Assembly: GCA_023205875.1 (NCBI GenBank)
Contig: CP060757.1
Coordinates: 434,001-498,000 of the forward strand
DNA length: 64,000 nt
Direction of reading: 5' to 3'
DNA from: Chloropicon primus
Taxonomy: Eukaryota
In this document: positions 52,525 through 60,689 of the stretch, in pieces
Position numbering within the stretch: position 1 is the stretch's first letter
Layout of the letters: each line of letters opens with the position of its first letter
Made by a program: the position numbers and the translations under genes
The notes under the pieces: generated by a model
Told to the model about the DNA's origin: nothing
The model's database searches: none
What the model saw: the letters and a program-made list of their open reading frames with translations, nothing else

Positions 52525-54726
52525 CTATGTCTTCGCAACTGCATCTAGGAGCACGTCCACCAAAGTCGTCTTGCGCGACGCCCGCAAGCGTCGCAGAGCA
52601 TTCTCACAAGTTCTCTCCAAGACCTGGCGCTCAGGCGTCTTTGCTTGTACGAGATCGCAATACGTGTCCCAGAGTTCCAAGTCTTTAAGCAGCTTCTCTG
52701 TGGATTTCTTCATCATCCCATCCTGGCCGAAGCCCGACGAAGAGGAGCCTTCCACGGCCTGTGTGACTGCGAGTATCAAGTTCTCCTCAAACGCCTCTCC
52801 CAAGGACCCTGATTTCACTGCCATTCTCAGAAGGTTTTGAACTGCGTAAGGTCGCTTGACTCTCTCCCTTGAATCAAGAGCCAGAGCGGCTTGGGCAAGG
52901 GACTTGTCATCCAAGCGAAAGCCCGCTTGTGCAAGCTCGAACACCAGATCCAGAACAAGGTCCTTCCTCCCTACCTTTTCGTGCAAAAAGGAACGAACCA
53001 TTTCACTCGCAAGGGCAGTCTTGTCCTTCGCGCCCGACAGTATCCTCATCATGTACCGCAGAATCACCACGTCGTTCGCATTCACCTTGTGCAGGCAGTG
53101 CACAAGCTGTCTGACAGCCTTTTCGTTTGCCGAAGGCAGGAGATACCTTTCCCAGACTTGCCAAATGAGCATCTGCTTAATGTGCTGGCTGTTGGAGAAG
53201 AACTCCCTCCCGGAATCTTCGGGGGGACTATCGATTCTTTCCGCAGCCCCCGAGGTCCTCTGGTCACTTGAAGGCAAATCATCCCCCGCAAAGTAAGAGA
53301 GGCTATCCAGAAGGAAGTATCCACCAGGTTGCAAATTCGACGGATCCAGGAGATTGTAAACCGAAGACCTTATGTCCGGGTCGTCGGTCTTGGGTTCGCC
53401 TTTCGTGACAGCACGCAGTACCGAGTAAATCGCCCTCTTGCTCGGTGCGTGCCAGTGCTCTGCTGTCATTTCTAGTGCTCTCTGCATCGGCCAATAGCTG
53501 TTCAAGGTGGTTGAATAATGTACAAGTGCATTGAAATGCTGTCCGCTCGCGAGGTCTTCAGTCTTCCCGCTGTACGCTTTCCGCAGAACCGCAAAGCCCT
53601 CCCCAGAGCAGCCACTGCGAAAGAGGGCTTTGACCAAGCTAGTCAGCAACGTGGAATTCATTGGCACTGCTTCCACGTACTGAAGTGCCTTCAGCATGAA
53701 AGGAAAGCCCCTGTCCTTGTACAAGCTCAGGAAATTAGGAGCGGTGCCTCCCTCCCGGAGCAACTCCTCGTCATTCACCGCGAGCTTACCCGACATGGAA
53801 GAGGAGCTGTGCATGTTCATCACCCGCGTCACTTCTGTTGGAGTCTTGCAATGATCCAGCAGCATCGTTGCCAAGTGCCCTGACATCGTGTAACCGAGGC
53901 TTGCGCCGATCTCGAGAGCCATTTGCGTGTACGTGCCTGCAGAGAAAAGAGACGAGTCAAGCCCCCCACGGTGACTTCTTCGTGCCGCCTCGCCATCAAC
54001 CTGCAAGCACGCGCTTAGAAACAGGCCGTAGGTTCCCTTGCTGGGAATCCAAGCATCACGTCCCCCGAGGTGATCACCGTTCCCACGCACAAGCGCCTGC
54101 CACATGTTAACCAGCAGGTCGCCGTCTCCAAGGTTCTTCAACGCAATAATCATGGCCTGCAAAATTCTGTCCGAGATGATCTGCCTCGACGGCGCAGAGC
54201 CCTCTGTCGCTTGCAAAACGAGGCTGTGGGCAACCTCGAGAGTCTCGACGAAGCGCCCGTCCCGCGCTAAACCTTGGATCAAGCTACCCAGTGCCCTTGC
54301 GCACGCTTTGCGTCCGCCGTGGGCAAGGCCTTCCTCAGCCTCGCCCGAAGTGTGCAACAGCTCAGTTATGATTTCCCTCGCCACCTGGAAGCGCTTTTGG
54401 TGGGAAAAGTGTTTGCAGGCAAACGCTGTCGCTGCGAACTGCATGCTGTTGCTCCAATTCTGCGTGCCCGGCCTCCTCAGCATGTCCAAGCTCCTGGACA
54501 AGGCAGCACCGTCGTCCTTCTTCTCCACCGATGCCAGAAACTCCTCCCTCCACTTTTCCAGGGGAGACGGTGGCCTCCCTCGAGAACCGGGCCCCCCTCC
54601 ACCCCCATCACCTTGCTCCGCCGCCTCCCTTCTCCTCGCCAAGGTCTCGAGAGCCTCCAAGGCGCCCTGCCTCGTGGAAGGAAGGCTTCTCGGCCCCAAT
54701 ACGCTCCTCCTCCCAACACGCCACAT
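52525..54726 (-). CDS. Hypothetical organelle-targeted helical-repeat protein (possibly degenerate PPR)
   Basis: 733-aa ORF with an Arg-rich presequence-like start (MWRVGRRSVLG) and PPR-like fragments (TYGLFLSAC, LLTSLVKALFRSG, HFNALV). Confidence 0.65.
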   Translation of the reverse strand: MWRVGRRSVLGPRSLPSTRQGALEALETLARRREAAEQGDGGGGGPGSRGRPPSPLEKWREEFLASVEKKDDGAALSRSLDMLRRPGTQNWSNSMQFAATAFACKHFSHQKRFQVAREIITELLHTSGEAEEGLAHGGRKACARALGSLIQGLARDGRFVETLEVAHSLVLQATEGSAPSRQIISDRILQAMIIALKNLGDGDLLVNMWQALVRGNGDHLGGRDAWIPSKGTYGLFLSACLQVDGEAARRSHRGGLDSSLFSAGTYTQMALEIGASLGYTMSGHLATMLLDHCKTPTEVTRVMNMHSSSSMSGKLAVNDEELLREGGTAPNFLSLYKDRGFPFMLKALQYVEAVPMNSTLLTSLVKALFRSGCSGEGFAVLRKAYSGKTEDLASGQHFNALVHYSTTLNSYWPMQRALEMTAEHWHAPSKRAIYSVLRAVTKGEPKTDDPDIRSSVYNLLDPSNLQPGGYFLLDSLSYFAGDDLPSSDQRTSGAAERIDSPPEDSGREFFSNSQHIKQMLIWQVWERYLLPSANEKAVRQLVHCLHKVNANDVVILRYMMRILSGAKDKTALASEMVRSFLHEKVGRKDLVLDLVFELAQAGFRLDDKSLAQAALALDSRERVKRPYAVQNLLRMAVKSGSLGEAFEENLILAVTQAVEGSSSSGFGQDGMMKKSTEKLLKDLELWDTYCDLVQAKTPERQVLERTCENALRRLRASRKTTLVDVLLDAVAKT

Positions 54727-55122
54727 TGTCAAACAGCTCCTAATGCACAAACTCTGGACACCAGCATCACCACCGACACTTGGCTCAACCGCTTATCATC
54801 GATCCCAACACCTTCCAGGAAAGCCGCCGAGCCTCGCAGACGGAGGAGAACCCCCCTCCACTCCTCTGAACACCCGAAACTCCCCAGACCTCTGTGCCCG
54901 CTGCTACAGTCTTCTCCCTCTTCCTTCCGTCTCAGTGAACCAAATCCGGCAAGCGAGGCATCAATGGAAAGCCCTTGGAACGAAGTTTCCTGCAGTGATT
55001 CTCTCCTCTGGTCAAATTTTTACCATCCTCGTCCGCTTGCCCTCCAACGCTCTCGCTCTCCTTCTTCCTGCGCCGCAACGCAACCAAAAAGGTGTTCTGA
55101 GCGGAGGATCAATCCACCAGCT

Positions 55123-55123
<1 letters not shown>

Positions 55124-55157
<34 letters not shown>
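55124..55157. repeat. (GA)n microsatellite in a divergent spacer
   Basis: Direct reading of the sequence. Confidence 0.95.
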
Positions 55158-55161
<4 letters not shown>

Positions 55162-55345
55162 GCTACGAGTCGGGAGGGGTTGAAGCATGGGATGTCGTAG
55201 GTGGCCGTGAACGCATTCGATCTTGCTGCTTCGTTTCGAGTCTCTTGCTTGCGGAGAGCGAGAAGGTTGTTGTTTTGTTTTGTTTTGTTTTGTTTGTGCC
55301 TGCCTCTCTGTGTGTGTTGTGGAAGAGAGAAGGGGAGGAAGAGCC

Positions 55346-55767
55346 ATGAAGAGGATACACGGGATACTTGCCGGCGTCGCAGGGGCTGCAGTGGCGTGGA
55401 TGGCTTTGCTCGGCTCGGATTTGTTGGACGAGACCTTCGTGCTTGCGGTAAGTACACGAATATATGTGTGTCTTTTGCACAAACCAAATAATTCGATCTG
55501 TCTCCTGCCCTGTCCTGCTGCTAAAGATCAGTCCGCGAGTTGCACTGTTTCGTTCTCCTCACGCCCTGACTTGGCTTTTGTTTCCATTCCCTTGCGATCC
55601 AGTTGCCCCTCCTGGCCGTCGTTTCTTACGGTCTGTTCAACCTCGGGATAGTGGTGAGGAAGATCCTCAACTTCCGAACGTATCCAAAGGAGCAGAAGGC
55701 CTTGCTCGAGGATATTCTCCGAGCCAAGGAAGCCCTCAAGGGCAAGAAGGTCTTTGACGACGAGTGA
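55346..55767 (+). CDS. DPM3: Dolichol-phosphate mannosyltransferase subunit 3, 2 exons (55346-55447, 55603-55767)
   Basis: Spliced 88-aa product MKRIHGILAGVAGAAVAWMALL...VLA-LPLLAVVSYGLFNLG...NFRTYPKEQKALLEDILRAKEALKGKKV has two TM helices and a coiled tail. Intron 55448-55602; TGTAA at 55793. Confidence 0.85.
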
Positions 55768-55906
55768 GGGGCTTGGGCGAAGGTGGCATCCATGTAAATT
55801 TCTAAGTTTGTTTTGTAAAAAAGATGAGTTTCTCAAATACCACAAGTGCTTGCTCTGGGACGGTGAACTCCCTTCGTCACGTCCCGAAGCTCTCTCCTTG
55901 CCCGCG

Positions 55907-56496
55907 TCACCTTCGAAACGAGTTGGACAAGTGATGCAGGACGCCAAGCGAGGTGCCAAAGAAAGGCGCAGATGTCCTGATGTAGTCGCGGCGTGTGGTT
56001 TGTCAGTGGTTTGTTTGTGCTGGGCAAGGGGAAGAAAGAGGCCCAACGCAGCAGGGCACCGCCTTGTTGCAGTCGCAAACCTTACCTGTTCATCGCGACA
56101 GAAGCTCCAGAAGGCGACGCGACACCGTTTGCCGAGAAGCCGCGGCTCAGCAGCATCGCCCCGGCGATGGGAACCTCCTTCGCCCGCTCCGGCCAAGGCT
56201 GGGCAAGTGTGTGGTACCCCTGTCTCTGCTTATGCTGTGAGCCGTCGACCAATGGGCGGACGGACGGACGGAAGAGAAGGAAGGAAAAAAATTCACACGC
56301 AGACAGAGTCAGAGGTTTCGCCACCAGTTGCGCCCACGAGGAGAGGAGTCACACACACACACGCGCGCGCGCGCGCGCGTGTTTTGGTTTGTCAACTTAC
56401 CCTAGGATTCTTCTTGCACGTCACGTAGATTCGCTTCCCCCTTCGTACGATACGACAGTGCTCGCACATTTTCTTCACCGCTGCCCTGACCTTCAT
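55907..56496 (-). CDS. rpl36: Organellar (likely mitochondrial) ribosomal protein bL36 with C-terminal extension, 3 coding exons (56496-56401, 56234-56086, 55976-55907)
   Basis: [38 protein letters not shown] is restored by splicing intron 56400-56235 (GTAAGT...CTGAC...CAG). Second intron 56085-55977 (GTAAGG...ACTGAC...CAG). Confidence 0.93.
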
Positions 56497-57320
56497 TCTG
56501 CACTATACTCTCTCTCTCTGTGTCTGTGTGTGTGTGTCTCCAATTTTCTGCTTTTGCTTCTCTTCTAATTCTTCTCTCTCCCGCTGCCAGGAACGCCAGG
56601 AACGCCGCACAACTCAAGACGAAGACGTTCTGCCAACCCAGCAGGTTCACCTTCTCTCCAACAACACGCACGAGACGAGTACCGTCCGTCCTCAAGCCCA
56701 CTCTCTCTCTCTCACACACACACACGCGTCCGCCTGTCGTCGTTGCAAAGGGAAGAGACCAAGCTCACGACTGACGCGTCAGTTCATCCAACGCTACGTG
56801 AAATCAAAATCAAGCAAGAAAGCAAGCAAGGGCCGTGCCAAGGAAGGGAAGGGAAAGGGAAGGGAAGGAAACCAATCGCTCACCTCGGCTCCTCCTCGCT
56901 CTCCTCGCTCGATTCTCTCGAAGCCTGGCCCGGCCGCCCTGTGTGTTAGTAGTGTATGACACGCGTACACTTATAACGAGTCAGTGACCGAAAAGGAAGA
57001 ATTTTTTTCCAAGAATTGGTTTTAGAGGTTTGAAATTGGCGCGCTCTGAGGATCCTCGAGGATTGAGTCCAGCGTGTGTACTGGAGGAGAAGCGGCGAGG
57101 TGAAGCACGAGGGACGAGGGACGTTCCACTCCTGGACTTTGCCTGCATTGAAACGGGCTCCCTCCTGTTTTGGGGACGTTTTCATCTTTTGGGGGGGAGG
57201 GTCGACGTCGACGCACGACCACTCCCGGCCTGCCTTGTGCATTCCTAGATCGGTCTCGCACACACAACACATACACACACTCTCTCTCTCTCGAACACAG
57301 ACGCATTGGTTTAGACGACC

Positions 57321-58739
57321 ATGAAGCAGTCAAAGGTAGGGGAGGGACGGCAGAGGCAAGGACGACTCGCGGGACGCGCTTGTCTTGGGTTCTCGAACTC
57401 GAACGTGGAAGGACTGACCTCATTTCGTTGTTGCTCATCTCTTTGTTTTCTCGTGCCAAAGCTGGAAGACCCCTCGTTGGAGCGCTCCTTCAGGGGACAC
57501 AAGGACACCGTGTCCTCGGTGGTCTTCAACTCGAACATGAAGCAGGTCATCTCGGGCTCGCTTGACGGCTCGATCATGTTGTGGAACTTCAGGCCACAGC
57601 TCCGGGCTTACAAGTTCGCGGGGCACAAGGATGCCATCTGCTCCCTCGACTTTTCTACCGAGACTGGCCTGCTCGCCTCCGGGTCCAAGGACCGCACGGT
57701 CAGGCTGTGGCTGCCTACCGTGGAAGGAAAGTCTTCGGTGATCAAGGCGCACTCCGGGACCGTCAGGTCCGTGTCTTTCTCGCAGGACGGGAAGCTCCTG
57801 CTCACAGCTTCGGATGACAAGACGGTCAAGATCTGGTCGGTCAAGAACCAGAAGTTCCAGTGCACGCTCTCCGGGCACTCCAACTGGGTGCGCTCCGCGG
57901 AGTTCAGCCCGGACCAGAGGCTCGCCGTGAGCGGTGGAGACGACAAGGTGGTGAGGGTCTGGGACATCCAGGCGAACAAGTGCATCCAGACCTACGACAA
58001 TTCGGCGGGCATGGTGAACTGCGTCACTTTCATGCCTAACGGAACCTGCGTCGCTGCTGGAACGTCCGAGAACGCCATTCAGATCATCGATCTGAGGACG
58101 AATTCTCTCATCCAGCACTACGTCGGGCACAGGGGCGCTATCAACTCGATAAGCATCCACCCTTCAGGGAACTTCCTTCTGTCTACGTCCAACGACTCGT
58201 CGCTCAAAATTTGGGACTTGTGCGAGGGCCAGCTCTTCTACACACTCCACGGGCACCAAGGCGCTGCCACGAGTGGCAAGTTCTCTCCCACCGGGGAGTT
58301 CTTCGCCTCTGGCGGTGCGGACGAGCAGGTCCTTGTCTGGAAGACTAATTTTGACAAGAAGTTCGAGAAGACGAGCTCGAAGAACTCCAAGGAGAAGAGG
58401 AGGCCAAACGTTGCCATGGATCAGCCCAGGTCCAAAGCAACGAGCTCGAAATCAAAGGTACCAAAGGCCATCGCGTCCCCCCTTCCCGAGAAGCGGGCCA
58501 GCCAGGACGGTGGGTCGGACAAGGTCGTGAACGTGGAGGAGCAAGCCAACCAGCACGTGACCGAGGCCATCGAGGTGAACTCTGGCATGTACAGCAACGA
58601 GGTCCAGGACGCCCTGGCGAACACCCTGAGCCACATTGTCAGCCAGCTGGACGTCTTGGCGCAAACCATGGCTCTGATGGAGGAGAGGATGACGATCACG
58701 GAGGACAGAGTGAAGAAAATCGAACAGGGCGGGCGATAG
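57321..58739 (+). CDS. POC1: POC1 centriolar WD40 protein, 2 exons (57321-57335, 57462-58739)
   Basis: EDPSLERSFRGHKD start, seven WD40 repeats, ASGGADEQVLVWKTNFD and the C-terminal POC1 coiled coil (LSHIVSQLDVLAQTMALMEERMTITEDRV). Intron 57336-57461. Confidence 0.93.
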   Translation: MKQSKVGEGRQRQGRLAGRACLGFSNSNVEGLTSFRCCSSLCFLVPKLEDPSLERSFRGHKDTVSSVVFNSNMKQVISGSLDGSIMLWNFRPQLRAYKFAGHKDAICSLDFSTETGLLASGSKDRTVRLWLPTVEGKSSVIKAHSGTVRSVSFSQDGKLLLTASDDKTVKIWSVKNQKFQCTLSGHSNWVRSAEFSPDQRLAVSGGDDKVVRVWDIQANKCIQTYDNSAGMVNCVTFMPNGTCVAAGTSENAIQIIDLRTNSLIQHYVGHRGAINSISIHPSGNFLLSTSNDSSLKIWDLCEGQLFYTLHGHQGAATSGKFSPTGEFFASGGADEQVLVWKTNFDKKFEKTSSKNSKEKRRPNVAMDQPRSKATSSKSKVPKAIASPLPEKRASQDGGSDKVVNVEEQANQHVTEAIEVNSGMYSNEVQDALANTLSHIVSQLDVLAQTMALMEERMTITEDRVKKIEQGGR

Positions 58740-58871
58740 GATCTGAGCCTGGGCCAAACGCAATATAATAGCCCAACACAAGAAAAAAGAAAAACCTGTA
58801 CTTGAAAAAAAAACACTGCTTTATGCTCTTTGCTCTGGGACTTTGCTGGGAAACGCGCACGCACTCCCTCC

Positions 58872-59573
58872 TCAGGAGGTCAACACCTCGATGCAGTTGG
58901 AGACCACCTTTAGAGTCGACTCCTCCCTGTCTTTCCCCCCGCCCTCCTTCGCCGGCTCCCCCTTCTCCAGCTGCAGCAAGGGCTTCCCGCTCTTCTCGAC
59001 GTTCAGGCTTGCCAACCCCTTTGGGTTCTCCTTCCAACCCATGAACGCCTGGTACTTGCCGTAAAGCTCGTCCCCCAGCCGCGACGTGTTGCTCAGGAGG
59101 TGTCTGGACAGAAGGCCGCGCACCTCTTCCAAGAGATGCACGCCAAAGCCCTGCCTCAGCCTCTGCTCGGCCGTCAGACCCGCGGGTTTGGGGGGCTCTG
59201 CCTCGCCCTGGCGACCCCGTCTCCCCTCGCGGCTCGGCTTCGCAACGCTCTTCCTCGCCGCCTCGCCCCTCCCCCTTCCCCTAACAGGACTCCGACTCCG
59301 ACTCCTCTCTCGCCTGCTCGGCCGCTCGTTCCCGTCCTTCTCCCTCCTGTCCCTCTGCTGCTCCCTCGCCTCCTCCTTGTTGTTGTTGTTGTTGTTGTTG
59401 TTGTTCCCCAAGCGCCTCCTCAAGTCCCCCGTATCCTTCCTTCCATCCTCCTCCGACCTCTTCCTCTTACTCCGAGGCGATCCACGATCCCTCCTGGGCT
59501 CCTCCCTCTCGTTCCGTCCACCCTGGCCCCTCTCCACCGGCTCGTACCTCCCTCGTCCTCGCCTCCGACCCAT
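58872..59573 (-). CDS. Hypothetical Arg/Glu-rich (RS-like) protein
   Basis: 233-aa ORF with RERSRSRSP, a poly-N tract and an ordered C-terminal part; no family recognised. Confidence 0.6.
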   Translation of the reverse strand: MGRRRGRGRYEPVERGQGGRNEREEPRRDRGSPRSKRKRSEEDGRKDTGDLRRRLGNNNNNNNNNKEEAREQQRDRREKDGNERPSRRERSRSRSPVRGRGRGEAARKSVAKPSREGRRGRQGEAEPPKPAGLTAEQRLRQGFGVHLLEEVRGLLSRHLLSNTSRLGDELYGKYQAFMGWKENPKGLASLNVEKSGKPLLQLEKGEPAKEGGGKDREESTLKVVSNCIEVLTS

Positions 59574-60033
59574 CGCTCCTCACTCCCCAGATCTCACACA
59601 CACACACACACTCTCTCTCTCTCGTGTTGTGCTGGAGGTAAAGGTGCTGTAGAACATACGACGCAGGTGGACGGGGAGGGCGAGGGGAGGAGCGCCAGGT
59701 CGAACCGCGAGGTCGAACCGCCGTGTCTTCCTCTTTCGAAAGTGCCCTCACTTGAAGGAGGGGCCGACGTGACGAGGAGTTTTTGCTTCTCTTCTTCTTC
59801 TTGTTGGAAGTGAACCAAGCCACCGGACTGACTATTTGCTCTCCTTGTGTCCCAGGGACGGGCAGTGTTCGGCGGCGAAGGGGTGAGGGCTTGGGGGGGA
59901 CGGAGCGGGGAAGCTACGGGACTTGTTCAATTGGACCGTCGGATTTGATTTGATTTTGATTTTGATTTGCTTGGCAACGCCCTCACCTCGCGGAAGGGAA
60001 GTTACGTTTGTGAGGCGGTGGAGAGGATAAGTG

Positions 60034-60462
60034 ATGAGTTACTTGCTGCCTCACTTGCACTCGGGCTGGGAGGTGGACCAGACCATCTTGTCCGAAGAGG
60101 ATCGTCTCGTCATACTGCGATTCGGCCACGACTGGGATGAAACTTGCATGCAGATGGACGAGGTGCTGAACGGCGTTGCGGACAAGGTGAAGAACTTTGC
60201 AGTCATCTTTCTGGTCGACATCACAGAGGTCCCGGACTTCAACTCAATGTACGAGCTTTACGATCCGTGTACCGTGATGTTCTTTTACAGGAACAAGCAC
60301 ATGATGATCGATTTGGGGACGGGTAACAACAACAAGATAAACTGGGCGTTCAACGACAAGCAGGAGTTCATCGATATTGTCGAGACCGTCTTCAGGGGAG
60401 CAAGGAAAGGAAGGGGTCTCGTGATCTCGCCAAAGGACTACTCGACCAAGTACCGGTATTAG
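60034..60462 (+). CDS. DIM1: U5 snRNP thioredoxin-like protein Dim1/TXNL4A (YLS8)
   Basis: MSYLLPHLHSGW...RFGHDWDETCMQMDE...DLGTGNNNKINW...GRGLVISPKDYSTKYRY. Probable 5'-UTR intron at 59638-59855. Confidence 0.97.
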   Translation: MSYLLPHLHSGWEVDQTILSEEDRLVILRFGHDWDETCMQMDEVLNGVADKVKNFAVIFLVDITEVPDFNSMYELYDPCTVMFFYRNKHMMIDLGTGNNNKINWAFNDKQEFIDIVETVFRGARKGRGLVISPKDYSTKYRY

Positions 60463-60689
60463 GGAGGCGGTGGAAGGGCATCGAGGCTGGGGGAGGTCCC
60501 CTGGAACTACTGCTTTTCCTCCGGTACGCATGGATATGGGGAAGAAAAAGTGCTTGAAATTTAGTTATGTTCTGGATGACGATGCGATGATGATGATGAT
60601 GAAAGGAGACAACGAAGCGGCGTGGAGTTCCACAGTAGCGCCGCTGGCCTCCGTAGCGAAGTTGTAATCTAAGGTAACCGCGAACGGGC

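Noticed and set aside
55927..55983. Plus-strand hairpin with GTGATG...CTGA, resembling a C/D snoRNA or SECIS
   Set aside because: The C box is imperfect, the pairing register does not fit a SECIS core, no in-frame TGA gene lies upstream, and the region is the last bL36 exon and acceptor on the other strand.
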